The notes under the pieces are model-generated. The model was not told the DNA's origin. It searched no databases and was given only the letters and a program-made list of their open reading frames with translations. From contig JAGYIW010000006.1 of assembly GCA_018402195.1 (NCBI GenBank), positions 1 through 52,928 on the forward strand: 52,928 bases of DNA, read 5' to 3'. Positions 8,915-19,669 of the stretch are shown here, piece after piece; the first letter of the stretch is position 1, and each line of letters begins with the position of its first letter. The position numbers were made by a program, and so were the translations under genes. This DNA is from Gammaproteobacteria bacterium (GTDB lineage Bacteria; Pseudomonadota; Gammaproteobacteria; M30B25).

Positions 8915-9934
8915 ATGTTGCCTCTCGCTATAACACCTGGTGAGCCCGCTGGCATAGGCCCAGATATTGTTCTAGTGTCCGCAGGAAAAGCTTTGCCTAG
9001 GCCCATAGTTGCAATCAGTAATAAAGCCTTGCTAGAACAACGGGCAAGCTTGTTAGGTCTCCAGGTCAAGTTAGAAACCATAACCCTAGAGCAAGTTAAG
9101 CAAATAGAGGTCCATCAGCCAGGAGTATTACCATTGATTGATGTGCCTTTGGCTGCCAACAATATGCTGCCGGGCAAACCTGCGGTGGGTGCAGCTAAGT
9201 ATCTTTTGCAGACCTTAGATGTCGCGGTGCAAGGTTGCCTACAAGGGCATTTTCACGCTATGGTTACAGGGCCTCTGCAGAAATCAGGGATTAATGAAGC
9301 TGGCATCCCTTTTTCAGGGCACACAGAATATTTGGCTGAACGCACAAAGGCTAAGCATGTGGTGATGATGCTGGTCTCTTCACGCATGCGGGTGGCGTTG
9401 TTGACTACACATTTGCCATTGGCACAAGTGCCGGGTGCATTAAACAAAGAAAGACTCAGCTTGACATTGGACGTGCTACATCAGTCCTTACAGCAGACTT
9501 TTGCCATTAAACAGCCTCGCATTGGCGTATGTGGGCTAAATCCTCATGCTGGAGAATCAGGGTATTTGGGTAGTGAAGAAATTGAGATCATTCAGCCTGT
9601 CATCGAACAATATCAGTCCAAAGGCATGTTGGTTGAAGGACCATTACCAGCAGACACAGCTTTTACTCCTGAGAAAAGAAAGTGTTACCATGTAATTTTA
9701 GCAATGTACCATGATCAAGGATTGCCAGTGATTAAGTCTCAAGATTTTGGTGAAACCGTCAATATCACTTTGGGACTGCCTTTGATACGCACTTCAGTCG
9801 ATCATGGTGTGGCTTTGTCTTTAGCTGGTACTGGAAAAGCTAACCCCAGAAGTATGCTGGCTGCCATTGAGGCGGCGCATAGGCTTGGTGTATGCTTGTG
9901 CAACAATAAAGGGGTAAAGCCTTGTGTTACATAA
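8915..9934 (+). CDS. pdxA: 4-hydroxythreonine-4-phosphate dehydrogenase
   Basis: ITPGEPAGIGPD, GHTEYLA, GLNPHAGE, AMYHDQGL, RTSVDHG. Confidence 0.97.
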   Translation: MLPLAITPGEPAGIGPDIVLVSAGKALPRPIVAISNKALLEQRASLLGLQVKLETITLEQVKQIEVHQPGVLPLIDVPLAANNMLPGKPAVGAAKYLLQTLDVAVQGCLQGHFHAMVTGPLQKSGINEAGIPFSGHTEYLAERTKAKHVVMMLVSSRMRVALLTTHLPLAQVPGALNKERLSLTLDVLHQSLQQTFAIKQPRIGVCGLNPHAGESGYLGSEEIEIIQPVIEQYQSKGMLVEGPLPADTAFTPEKRKCYHVILAMYHDQGLPVIKSQDFGETVNITLGLPLIRTSVDHGVALSLAGTGKANPRSMLAAIEAAHRLGVCLCNNKGVKPCVT

Positions 9935-10721
9935 AGCAAAAAAACGTTTTGGGCAACATTTTCTCACCGATGAAAGTGTGATCAATCATATTGTTAAAGC
10001 TATTGCTGTCGGCGCTGGTGAACACGTGGTGGAAATTGGTCCTGGTCTGGGCAGTATTACCGATGGACTTGTGCAGCAAACCTACGAGCTATCAGGCCGC
10101 TTGGATTTGATTGAATATGACCGTGATCTTGTGCCTGTTTTACAGCAGCGCTACGCTGACCAAAGCCATGTTCACATTCACGAGCAAGATGCTTTGCGTA
10201 TGAACTTCTCTAGCTTAAAAGTGGGCCACGGACCGTTGCTGCGGGTGGTAGGCAATCTTCCTTACAATATTTCTTCACCCTTAATGTTTCATTTGTTGGC
10301 ACATAAAGCTACCATTGCCGACATGACTTTTATGATGCAAGAAGAAGTTGTTGATCGCATGGTGGCTAAGCCTGGTACTCGGGCTTTCGGTCGCTTGACA
10401 TTAATGACTCAGGTGGAGTGCTCAGTAGAAAAATTGTTTGTCGTGCCGCCTAATGCTTTTGACCCACCACCCAAGGTCATGTCTGCAGTGATCCGTGTTG
10501 TCCCTGATCAAAGCTGGAATTTGGCCGATAGGTCACTTTTTGCTGCTCTGATTGAGCAGGCATTTATCTGGCGAAGGAAGATGATGAAGCACACCTTTAA
10601 GAAATTTGTCCCCGAAGATCAGTTGGGCGACTTTGCCGAGTGGGACAATCTACGCCCCGAGCAAATTTCCCTGGAAAACTTTGTGAAGCTCACAAATATG
10701 GTGTATAACAAGATAACATGA
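9924..10721 (+). CDS. rsmA: 16S rRNA m6,2A1518/1519 dimethyltransferase
   Basis: KKRFGQHFL, VEIGPGLG, VGNLPYNISSP, FDPPPKVMSAV. Confidence 0.97.
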   Translation: MLHKAKKRFGQHFLTDESVINHIVKAIAVGAGEHVVEIGPGLGSITDGLVQQTYELSGRLDLIEYDRDLVPVLQQRYADQSHVHIHEQDALRMNFSSLKVGHGPLLRVVGNLPYNISSPLMFHLLAHKATIADMTFMMQEEVVDRMVAKPGTRAFGRLTLMTQVECSVEKLFVVPPNAFDPPPKVMSAVIRVVPDQSWNLADRSLFAALIEQAFIWRRKMMKHTFKKFVPEDQLGDFAEWDNLRPEQISLENFVKLTNMVYNKIT

Positions 10722-10741
10722 GAAAGTAAGGATAACCGATT

Positions 10742-11182
10742 ATGTTGCATTACCGCCGCGTTTTATGTGCAGTCGACTTTTCCAAAGAAAGCGCAGAGGT
10801 TGTTGCCAGAGCTCATATGATTGCCAAGCACTCTGATGCAGAATTTTGTTTAGTTCACGTACTGGAACATAGCCCCATGGCTTATGGCTGTGCAGAAGCA
10901 CCAATGACACTAAACAGCGATCTTGACGAGGCATTGCGCGACTATGCCAAACAATGTTTGACCAAGATGGTGGAAGAGATTGGTGATGATAAAGTGTCTT
11001 GGCATTTGGTTGAGGGTTCAATTAAACAAGGGGTAATGGAGTTGGCTGAAGAGCTAACTTGTGACCTCATTGTTGTGGGCTGCCATGGACACCATGGCAT
11101 GGGCATGTTGTTTGGAGGTAATGCCAGCGGTATTTTGCATGCTGCGCATTGTGATGTACTGGCAGTACACGTAGAACCCTAG
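10742..11182 (+). CDS. Universal stress protein (UspA family)
   Basis: YRRVLCAVDFS...DLIVVGCHG...ILHAAHCDVLAV. Confidence 0.9.
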   Translation: MLHYRRVLCAVDFSKESAEVVARAHMIAKHSDAEFCLVHVLEHSPMAYGCAEAPMTLNSDLDEALRDYAKQCLTKMVEEIGDDKVSWHLVEGSIKQGVMELAEELTCDLIVVGCHGHHGMGMLFGGNASGILHAAHCDVLAVHVEP

Positions 11183-11222
11183 ATACAGGTAGGGATAGCT
11201 TGAACATAGGAGTAGGGAAGTC

Positions 11223-11972
11223 ATGAGAAGCCATTTTCGAGCTTGGGTGCTTGGAATTTGCTGTTGTACGAGCATATCGGCAATGGCATTGAGTTGGGGA
11301 CAGAAATCACTAAAAGTACCTGAGTTTTCTGCTGTTCATAGTCAGTACATTAATGACATTGAGATTATTGGTGGTGGTGAAAGTAACTCGGTGATTGTTT
11401 CTGGTAATCCCGTTTTATTCAAATATGTCAAAACATCTGTTAACAATGGTATGTTAAATATCAAAGCCCCACGAGGGGTGCATGTTCTAATACATGCTGC
11501 AGATTTGCACCAAGTAAATGTCGTTGGGCAAGGTCATGTGGAAGCAAAAGGCTTGGATGTTTTGGGGCCGTTTTCTATACATTTGGCGGGCTCAGTAGAC
11601 ATGTCCCTCACTGGTCCTGTAGATTTATCGAACGTTGTTGTGTCAGGTAAAACTTCTGTGAATGCACAGTGGGTAGATGCAAAAGATTTGAAGGTATACA
11701 GTAGTGGCGGGGCTAAGGTTGCCCTGAGTGGACGTTCGCAAAACAGCTATTTTGCCTCCTACGACGACAGTGAGATTGATGCACGTTGGTTGCGAGCCAA
11801 GGAAGTGACAGTACAAACAGCGGACAAGTCGCTTGCTAAAGTGCTTCCGGTAGATGGTTTAACTGCCTATGCCATTGCATCAAGTCGAGTTGAATACTTC
11901 AAGCGTCCTAAACGCTATACGCCTTTTTCCAGTAAGTCTGGAAACGTGTTACTCGCTGGTGAAGTAGAATAG
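11223..11972 (+). CDS. Secreted GIN-domain (DUF2807) beta-helix protein
   Basis: Signal peptide; G/S/V-rich repeats; SEIDARWLRAK motif. Confidence 0.65.
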   Translation: MRSHFRAWVLGICCCTSISAMALSWGQKSLKVPEFSAVHSQYINDIEIIGGGESNSVIVSGNPVLFKYVKTSVNNGMLNIKAPRGVHVLIHAADLHQVNVVGQGHVEAKGLDVLGPFSIHLAGSVDMSLTGPVDLSNVVVSGKTSVNAQWVDAKDLKVYSSGGAKVALSGRSQNSYFASYDDSEIDARWLRAKEVTVQTADKSLAKVLPVDGLTAYAIASSRVEYFKRPKRYTPFSSKSGNVLLAGEVE

Positions 11973-11978
11973 TTAAGC

Positions 11979-12593
11979 GTGGAGATTGATATGCGACAGA
12001 AGTTTTTGGGTATGGTGCTAGGGACTTGTTTGTTGAGCCCTTGTGTGGCTGGAGCCAGTACGTTTATTGGTACAAATATTGAGGATCCAGCAAGCTCAGG
12101 CAATGATCGCCTATTGCAGCGTACCATTCAGCATGGCAGAGTGATTACTCAGTCAGCCAGAGAGCACGTTCACCAGCTGGGCTTGAGTCAAAAATCCATC
12201 TTAATGCACCAGCTACAACAAGGTGGCATACAGGTAATTTTATTAGGTGACCAAGTGCGTATGGTGATTCCAAGTGCGGTGTTTTTTGAACCAGGCACTG
12301 CCACACTAAAACAAAATAAAGCTGAAGTTATGGCAACCATGAATGCTTTTGTGGGACTGTTTCCGAAATCAATCATTCAGGTAACTGGTCATAGTGATTT
12401 CCTCGGTGAAGTCAAACAGCAGCAGCGCTACTCCAAGCAAATCGCTCGCGTCGTAGCAGGATATCTTTGGGCCAATGGTGTGGCACAAAATCGCATGATT
12501 GTTCAAGGCGTTGGCGCCGAAGAGCCTGTCACAGATAGCTACACTGGGGGCTTAAACAGCCGTATTGAGGTGTTGTTTGAGGATAAGAGTTAA
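11979..12593 (+). CDS. OmpA-family C-terminal domain protein (IcmN/CmpA-like)
   Basis: IQVILLGDQVRMVIPS, VTGHSD, VQGVGAEEPV, NSRIEV. Confidence 0.8.
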   Translation: MEIDMRQKFLGMVLGTCLLSPCVAGASTFIGTNIEDPASSGNDRLLQRTIQHGRVITQSAREHVHQLGLSQKSILMHQLQQGGIQVILLGDQVRMVIPSAVFFEPGTATLKQNKAEVMATMNAFVGLFPKSIIQVTGHSDFLGEVKQQQRYSKQIARVVAGYLWANGVAQNRMIVQGVGAEEPVTDSYTGGLNSRIEVLFEDKS

Positions 12594-12819
12594 GTATGCC
12601 AACCAGCCCTGTTCTCAGGGCTTGAAGATTGCCAGGCAATCGACTGCTGTGAGAGCGAGTAGGGACGAATAGAGTCATGTCGTCCTAGAGGCTTGCAGAA
12701 GTAACAGAGGCATTTGTTTGGGCTTTTGTAAAGCAAGACCGAGGGGGCTCGCAATGCGCTCTTAGGCTCGCTGATCCTCGGTTCCTCTTTACTCGTCAGG
12801 GAAACAATGTCTTTGATGG

Positions 12820-13653
12820 CTACCGATAAAGCTTTATGGCTGCTTGGACGCTAGACATAGGCCTGATCCAAGGTTCTTCATGCATGTTCGGTAAGATTTT
12901 TAACGCATTTAGAGCATCACCATAGGTTTTGTATTTGCCAAGTACTAGGGTGTACCAAGGGTGATTTAAATAGTAGCTGTGGAAGACTCGGGTATGGATT
13001 AGATGATGCTTCTCAATAAAATCTTGAATGGTTTTTGGTGAACGGGCGCCAAAGACCTGAATGGTATAGTGTTTTGTTGGCATGGCTAACAGCACTTTTT
13101 CATCCGAAGTCAATATTTCTGGCTTGCTTTGTCGTTTCTCAGCAATAAAATGTTTCAACGCATGAAAAGATTTTGTTTCCTGGGGGCTCAGATGCAGCAA
13201 GTGATTTTCTTTTTTTGCCAGCGACGCAGGTGTAAGGTTCTTTTTATCAAGGGACTTGGCAGTCACTTGTGTTGGGGTTGGTTTGATCTTGGTAGGCACA
13301 GTATTTGCAGGTGCAACGTTGGTGTCTGAGAGAATGGCAGTAACATTGTCTTTGGGCCAAGCTACATTAAACGATAATTCAGCCTCCAGCCCTGGATGCT
13401 TTTCGCGTATGTCTGCAATGACAAGCTTAGACTCAAGTATGGCACAGTGTTCAGCAAGAATTAATCGCTTGAGATGGGTGATTTGATATTGTATCTGCAG
13501 TGCATTCAAGGCTTGTCTTTGCTCTTTGGTCATAGGTGTTGAAACCAACAGTGTTGTGCCATTTTGCTGGTACAAGACTGTAATGGCCCAAAGTAAATAG
13601 CCTAAAGTTAAGGTCATAATAAAAAGTAGGGCATTTCTTAAGCCAAGTGTCAT
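12820..13653 (-). CDS. Membrane-anchored SPOR-domain protein (DamX-like C-terminus)
   Basis: N-terminal TM; HYTIQVFG...WYTLVLGKY...PWIRPMSSVQ. Confidence 0.75.
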   Translation of the reverse strand: MTLGLRNALLFIMTLTLGYLLWAITVLYQQNGTTLLVSTPMTKEQRQALNALQIQYQITHLKRLILAEHCAILESKLVIADIREKHPGLEAELSFNVAWPKDNVTAILSDTNVAPANTVPTKIKPTPTQVTAKSLDKKNLTPASLAKKENHLLHLSPQETKSFHALKHFIAEKRQSKPEILTSDEKVLLAMPTKHYTIQVFGARSPKTIQDFIEKHHLIHTRVFHSYYLNHPWYTLVLGKYKTYGDALNALKILPNMHEEPWIRPMSSVQAAIKLYR

Positions 13654-13665
13654 ATCGATACTCCT

Positions 13666-14340
13666 TTATGGCGTTGTAATGGTTTTACCTTGTATAAATA
13701 GCCATGAACATTTTTCTAGCAGTCCTTGGACATTGGATAGGTTGAGCCATCTTCTTCTAACAGGTAAGGCATCAACATCTTGGAGTTGAAGATGCATTGC
13801 CGGCGATAGCTGGCATAGCAGCGAATGACTTAGGGTCGATATAGTGGCTTGGGGGAAAAGAGACTCTAAGGCACCATGAGGCAGCTTACCATGAATGGTA
13901 ATATCGTAATGTCTTGTTGTTTGTGATAGTGGGTAAAGCTCTTCAATAAGCGCGGTTGCAGGCAAGCGTGTATCCAAATAAACATGGCCATCGTGGATGA
14001 TGACTAACAAGACTTGATTTTGTTGTGGCAGTGTTTCGCAATAAATCGCATTAGGCGGCTTGCCTAGAGCCTCCCAAGTCATTTCCCCAAGCAAATATCC
14101 AGGGCTTTGATGAAACACCACATCCAGGCGCTTACCACGTTGGCGAGAAAGGTGACAGTAAGGGCCGTACCGATTTTTCAAATTGGCTATCAAGCTCTGG
14201 TATTTTGCATGGGAGCTTGGCGCATCAACTTGGGTGCGAAAAGGATGAATAGCAAAAGGCATGGGTTGATTGGGGTGGATAATTGTCATGGGCACTCCTT
14301 GCATAAAATGCTTGTGTAAAGGTTTAGAGAATAGGCTCAT
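13666..14340 (-). CDS. Hypothetical protein, possibly type IVb pilus accessory (PilO2-like)
   Basis: 224-aa ORF; weak resemblance in NAIYCE...LLVIIHDGHVYLD. Confidence 0.4.
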   Translation of the reverse strand: MSLFSKPLHKHFMQGVPMTIIHPNQPMPFAIHPFRTQVDAPSSHAKYQSLIANLKNRYGPYCHLSRQRGKRLDVVFHQSPGYLLGEMTWEALGKPPNAIYCETLPQQNQVLLVIIHDGHVYLDTRLPATALIEELYPLSQTTRHYDITIHGKLPHGALESLFPQATISTLSHSLLCQLSPAMHLQLQDVDALPVRRRWLNLSNVQGLLEKCSWLFIQGKTITTP

Positions 14341-14502
14341 TCAAATGAATGGACTGAGTAGTAGGTCCCCAGGGAAATATTATTATTAGTGCGCATGGGC
14401 CTTGGGCTAGGGAAGGTGGGGTGGGGAAGTGTGATTGCATCATGTCAAAATCTTCCTTTAAGTTTAAGGGCTATCTAGCTGGGGTACCATCAGTTGAGTG
14501 GC

Positions 14503-17163
14503 TTAATTCATATTGCTATAATGCTGGCCAATTTTATCAGTATTGGAATCTACAATAGCCTGCCTCTCACTGCGAGACCACATGCCGGTATAGGGTTTTG
14601 TTATCTGTGCGGCGGAAAGTTTTGGCAAAGCCTCTAAAAAGAGATTAGAAGGAGCGAGGTGCTCGTTATATATTTTAGCTATTCTTTTTTCTGCAGATTT
14701 AAAGCCACGGTAGTCTTTAATGATAGCAGCATTCAGTGCTTTGTAGTTGTTTTCCCAAGCTTCTGAAGCAACAGATGAAACAGTCTTACTATACTTAGGG
14801 AGCAGACATCCTATGATCTCAAGAGGCTCGCTTGTTGTGCCATCACTGGCTGTTTTTTCAGTTACCAAATGACGAGCTAAATTTAAAATGGCCAGCGCAA
14901 GCGATGACTCACGGGAAGCTTGTTTGTCTTCAGTAGCCGTGTCAGCATCTGGCATAGAAACGCGGTGAGCTAGTTCTAGGGATTCTGTATGAAGGTAGAA
15001 GTCATATCGATGCACCAGTACCTGCAACATGTCCATGTATGCTTGAGTTTTAGCATTATCTGCAAGAAAATGGTGACAGCATAGCAGCGCATTTGCAATT
15101 GCTTCTAACTGCTCTTCAGACGGCAATCCAGCAGCCAAGTAGGCGCTAGCAATACGATACGTCGCGACGCTGTTAGCAGTAGCAAGTCGATTGATCAAGG
15201 CAACCGTCCATTGGGTACGTTCCCCAAGTCGATCTGTATCCAGTAAGCTTGCCTTTAATGGGCGTGTTTTCATCATGGCAATCAAGTCCATGCTGGCATT
15301 TGCATCAGTGGCCTTGACAATGGTGTCAAGGCTAAGCACAAAGGCCTGATCAGATGAGGTTGCAACTAACTTGAGTGCTGGATCTGATTCGAGCGTTTTC
15401 TGCAACACTTCTTTGGGCCCGTATTCATGCTGCTGGTCAAGCAGGTGCTGCAATAACCCCCGATTTGGCAGGGTTAGCTGTTGCGCTGATACGTCTTCTT
15501 CTTCGGAAGATGCTTGATTATCAGAAGCCAACTCACTAACTGTATTCAGGTAGGCAACCGTGGCAGTTGTAATAGAAAGCATAGCAGGTTCTGTACTGGT
15601 TAGCAGTTGGCTAGTGAGTTCATACCAATGGTTGGCAATGCTATCAAGTGCCATCTGCGGAGAAATCTCTGAAGCTTCGTCATTCACCTCAAAATTTTGA
15701 CTAAGTTGCGCCGATCGATTGACCTTTTGTGTGATAAGGTTACGCGAATCCTTGGCAGTTATTTCGCAGTGCTGCAATACCAAGGCAAGGGCTTGCTGAA
15801 TTTCATCAGTGCTTTCATGAGAAGCTCCTTCTATGCTAAGGAAGCGCAGCAGTGCTTCTTTTGATACTTTTCTAAGTATTTTTGGAAGCATTTCAGCACT
15901 GTCATTACTAATGTCAATGGACAAAATCACCCGAGCAAAAAGCAATTGCCAAATGGTTTGCGCCTCACTTGATAATGAGTGTTTAGTTCCTGTCGGTGTT
16001 ATGCAGGAGAGAAAGGCTGCAAACAGTTTAGGTCGTTGTGATTTAATGTCAGTGTTATCAAACATCTCCTCAACAAATGATGTCACACATTTTTCCTGAA
16101 CACCATTTTCTTCGCAAAATTGAAAAAAGTAATCGGCCAATTGAGAAATTGTAATAACAGAATCTGCATCAGCAAGTCGTTTAACAGCATCTTTTATAAA
16201 CTGAATCATTTGTTTGGTTGACTGTTGTCTTACCAGTAAGCGTTTCTGCACCTCAGCTTTTCTTTTTGCAACCTTATTGGTTAGGGTAATGCGCCATTCT
16301 TTAATATTATTGATCAGCTTGTTGGTGAAGAATAATGCCAAGATGGGGGTCGCAATCACCAAGATTACACCGGCAACAGGAATCGTGCCTGGCAGGTAAG
16401 TAGCCAATAATATAGTGGCAATAAGAACAACATAGGTACTTAAACGTTTGGTCACTGATACTTCTTCAAATGAGTCCATAGCAAAATTACTATCAATTTT
16501 TCTAATGGCAGCAATATCTAAATTGTTTTCAGAATCACTTGCTTTATCCGTTGGGAGCTGCTCCAAATGTTGCTCGATATGCCTAAAGGCATGAGACTGT
16601 TTCAAGAGCTCAGTTCTCTGTAATAGCGCCAATGTATTGCGTTTTTCTTGTAGTGCTGGCCAATGGGAAATGGCGGAAATAACAGCCAAGACTTTTTCTT
16701 GTTGTGCTAGACTCAAAAGGGAACTTTGACCCAAAAGCTGGTCAAGTTGCTTTCCAAAGAAATAAGCAATATTAGGATGGCGATGTTTCAAAAAGATGAG
16801 TAGAGGTTTGAAATGGATAGTACAAGTAAGGTCATGCAAAGTGCGCAAAGCAAACTTTGCGTGGATTTTAGCTTTGTCTATATCCTCAGTCTTAACGTCG
16901 GAAAGAGCTTCTAGATGAGCGAAAGCAATGACCGTAAGCTGATAAACCGCCAGCGTACCTGAAGGGTAGCCTGTATCAATCTGGCGTTTGTTTATTGTTT
17001 CAGCAGAAAGCTGGGAAAGTAGGTTGTTTATCTGGTTATCAGGAATTTTGGATGCAAAATTGTCCCCACTATTGTCAATCCACGCAAGACCTGAACGGTG
17101 CGAGGAATAATCGGGGGAGGACAGAATTTCTATTTTCATGATTTGCCTTATCAAAGTCAACAC
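14503..17163 (-). CDS. Large helical hypothetical protein with two TM segments (candidate effector)
   Basis: 886-aa ORF; hydrophobic hairpin at ~aa 243-282; no recognisable motif; start uncertain. Confidence 0.7.
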   Translation of the reverse strand: MLTLIRQIMKIEILSSPDYSSHRSGLAWIDNSGDNFASKIPDNQINNLLSQLSAETINKRQIDTGYPSGTLAVYQLTVIAFAHLEALSDVKTEDIDKAKIHAKFALRTLHDLTCTIHFKPLLIFLKHRHPNIAYFFGKQLDQLLGQSSLLSLAQQEKVLAVISAISHWPALQEKRNTLALLQRTELLKQSHAFRHIEQHLEQLPTDKASDSENNLDIAAIRKIDSNFAMDSFEEVSVTKRLSTYVVLIATILLATYLPGTIPVAGVILVIATPILALFFTNKLINNIKEWRITLTNKVAKRKAEVQKRLLVRQQSTKQMIQFIKDAVKRLADADSVITISQLADYFFQFCEENGVQEKCVTSFVEEMFDNTDIKSQRPKLFAAFLSCITPTGTKHSLSSEAQTIWQLLFARVILSIDISNDSAEMLPKILRKVSKEALLRFLSIEGASHESTDEIQQALALVLQHCEITAKDSRNLITQKVNRSAQLSQNFEVNDEASEISPQMALDSIANHWYELTSQLLTSTEPAMLSITTATVAYLNTVSELASDNQASSEEEDVSAQQLTLPNRGLLQHLLDQQHEYGPKEVLQKTLESDPALKLVATSSDQAFVLSLDTIVKATDANASMDLIAMMKTRPLKASLLDTDRLGERTQWTVALINRLATANSVATYRIASAYLAAGLPSEEQLEAIANALLCCHHFLADNAKTQAYMDMLQVLVHRYDFYLHTESLELAHRVSMPDADTATEDKQASRESSLALAILNLARHLVTEKTASDGTTSEPLEIIGCLLPKYSKTVSSVASEAWENNYKALNAAIIKDYRGFKSAEKRIAKIYNEHLAPSNLFLEALPKLSAAQITKPYTGMWSRSERQAIVDSNTDKIGQHYSNMN

Positions 17164-17495
17164 GTAGCGCCAACAACAAAGTGTCGTAGTACACGAGAAA
17201 AGGGCTTATCCGTCAGCCTCAGAAAGGTGCCGCTAAACCATATGGCACGCTAGAATTATGCGATCCATGCATTCGCCTCATTATACCATCACTTTATCAC
17301 GGTGACGCCATGCATGCCCGCTATACTAGCAAGGGAGAAATTGGCTTGTAAAGGTTTTTCTGCGATTGCCTATGGCAGCTTGATAAATACTAGGCTTTGC
17401 CGTAGGGTTAAGCCAATTCACGCACATTTTGCCTAGTGCCAGTGGCAAAAGCTTGATAAACTTCGTTGCTGTCATTGTGGTAGAGGAAGCTTAAC

Positions 17496-18266
17496 GTGAA
17501 GCGCTTTGGACGCATGCTAATGTTGATCTTTTTGGCATGTCCTGTCTTAGCAAGGGAATACCTAGACGAATCCATGGCGTTAAAAATCGGGGTGAAAGTC
17601 TGGTATAACGAGAGTGGTGGCAAAGTGGCTGGGCTGACCAGTTGGGTCAAAGGCGAATCCTTCGCATCCATGGGTATTGGCCATTTTATTTGGTATCCTA
17701 AAAACGTTACCCCAGAACATGGCGAATCATTTGCCAAGCTGCTACGCTATTTGGACAAACATGGCATCAACTTACCAGATTGGCTAAGAGAAAAACAAGG
17801 CCATTATTGCCCTTGGTCTGATCGTGATACATTCAGAAAACAGGCAAAAAGCGATAAGATGAACACACTCAGAATTCTGCTGGTGGAAACAATTCCCCTG
17901 CAGGCGCAGTACATGGTATTGCGCCTAGCAGAAACCATTCCATCTATACTAAATCAAATACCCTCATCAGAGCGTGAGGCAGCCTCTGTGAAATTCAATC
18001 AATTGATGACAACTCCCAAGGGTGTTTTTGCGTTAGTTGATTACCTAAACTTCAAAGGTGGCGGCTTGGGCAATAAGCATCACGACTGGGGTTTGCTGCA
18101 AGTGATGCGACAAATGCTTAAAGCGCCTGAAAATTTGTCCTCCATAGAGGCATTTGTCTGGGCTGCCGATGTTGTTCTGGCCCGCAGGGTATTACATGCA
18201 GCCCAAGATAGTCACCAGAAAGAATGGTTAAATGGTTGGCATCATCGCGTTTACAGTTATTTATAG
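17496..18266 (+). CDS. Exported hypothetical protein
   Basis: Signal peptide ending VLA; motifs WYNESGG, GESFASMGIGHFIWYP, DYLNFKGGG, WGLLQV. Confidence 0.75.
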   Translation: MKRFGRMLMLIFLACPVLAREYLDESMALKIGVKVWYNESGGKVAGLTSWVKGESFASMGIGHFIWYPKNVTPEHGESFAKLLRYLDKHGINLPDWLREKQGHYCPWSDRDTFRKQAKSDKMNTLRILLVETIPLQAQYMVLRLAETIPSILNQIPSSEREAASVKFNQLMTTPKGVFALVDYLNFKGGGLGNKHHDWGLLQVMRQMLKAPENLSSIEAFVWAADVVLARRVLHAAQDSHQKEWLNGWHHRVYSYL

Positions 18267-18268
18267 GC

Positions 18269-19666
18269 TCAATGGGTATCTTCAAAATCTTCAATCAATG
18301 CCAATAAGTGTTTGCCTGGTTTGGTCCGTGTGTGGTAGATCTGAATATAGTGCTCCAAAACATGCCGTAATTCCGGACGTTTTAATATGGTTAAAATCTT
18401 GTGGATTCTAGGTAAGTCTTTCGTGATATGCAGACCACATCGCTGAAACAGCACAGAGGCAAGCAGCGAGGCCTTTGATATTTTTCGAGGTTCGCTAGCG
18501 GAAAAGAAACTTTCAATGCATTGATTGAGGGCCTGATCTTTGCCCCACTCATTCCATTGATGAAAAAATTTCAACGCTGAATGTTTCTTATTGAGCACCT
18601 TTGGCATGCCAGCAACTTTTTCCAATATCAAAGCCAAAGCAGCAGGCACAGCTGCTTCAATATTTGCCCAAGAACAATTGCCACTAATTTGCCGTGGTAT
18701 CATGATATGAGCAACAGGGGTAAGCTTGAGCATTTTGTACAAATCTTGTTCGATAACGGAGGCGGGCTTTTTCTCATAGATCAACTGCTTTAAAAATTTT
18801 TTGGTGAGTAATTTTGTGTGCTTGATGTGGTAGATCACCAAAGTGTCGACAAATTTTGTGTCTGAAGGGATGCGTCTATCGCAAATAATCAGTTTATCTT
18901 GATAGGTGACAATACTAATCGCATGACCTTCATAATTGATAGGCAAAATGCGCAGTGGGCTATCAAGGATTTGGTTAATACGCCGTTTAATTTCTGGTTG
19001 ATCAATATCTATTTGATATTGCTGAAAGCGTGCCAGCTCGGCCGCATCTAGCAGGGCTTGTGCCGTCTGGTGCAATTCTTTAAACACGCTACGGTGCGGC
19101 CTGGCAGCAAAATTGCTGAGATACTGCAGAAGATCGTTGCTCAGTAAATGTGTGCTAAACTCTAGGAAAAAACCTTCTAGACCTAGGGAAATAAAATGAC
19201 CATTATGATTGACGATATCAACTTGACTACTCAATTGGTAGCGATGACCAATAAGCTTGGCATTGATATAGTCCTGGGCAAAGGGCAGACTAGCACCGTA
19301 CATGTAAAGCAGCATTTTGATTTCTTCTTGGTCGCGAAGAATAGGATTGATAAGCACGGGCTGACTGGCATGGTTAAAAGCATTCGCATCGGCACCATTT
19401 TTTAACAAAAGCTCACAGAGAGGGAGGTTGCTATTCTCCACAGCCCAGTGAAGGGCAGTGCCCCCGGTCAGATCCTGCCCATTAACATCTGCGCCGTGAT
19501 CGATAAGTAATTTAGCGATAGGTTTTTTTCCCATGATGGCGGCTTCAATCAACGGTGTGAAGCCATATTCATCATGGGCATTTAAGTCTAAATCTGGTGT
19601 TTGGCTTAACAGCGCAGCAACTTGTTTTGTGTCTTGATAAATAATGGTATTGGCCAAACTAGCCAT
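18269..19666 (-). CDS. ankH: Ankyrin-repeat Dot/Icm effector, AnkH/LegA3-like
   Basis: DEYGFTPLIEAAI and DLTGGTALHWAVEN ankyrin repeats, then QDYINAKLIGHRYQL, YEGHAISI and QISGNCSWANIEA. Confidence 0.8.
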   Translation of the reverse strand: MASLANTIIYQDTKQVAALLSQTPDLDLNAHDEYGFTPLIEAAIMGKKPIAKLLIDHGADVNGQDLTGGTALHWAVENSNLPLCELLLKNGADANAFNHASQPVLINPILRDQEEIKMLLYMYGASLPFAQDYINAKLIGHRYQLSSQVDIVNHNGHFISLGLEGFFLEFSTHLLSNDLLQYLSNFAARPHRSVFKELHQTAQALLDAAELARFQQYQIDIDQPEIKRRINQILDSPLRILPINYEGHAISIVTYQDKLIICDRRIPSDTKFVDTLVIYHIKHTKLLTKKFLKQLIYEKKPASVIEQDLYKMLKLTPVAHIMIPRQISGNCSWANIEAAVPAALALILEKVAGMPKVLNKKHSALKFFHQWNEWGKDQALNQCIESFFSASEPRKISKASLLASVLFQRCGLHITKDLPRIHKILTILKRPELRHVLEHYIQIYHTRTKPGKHLLALIEDFEDTH

Positions 19667-19669
19667 GCT

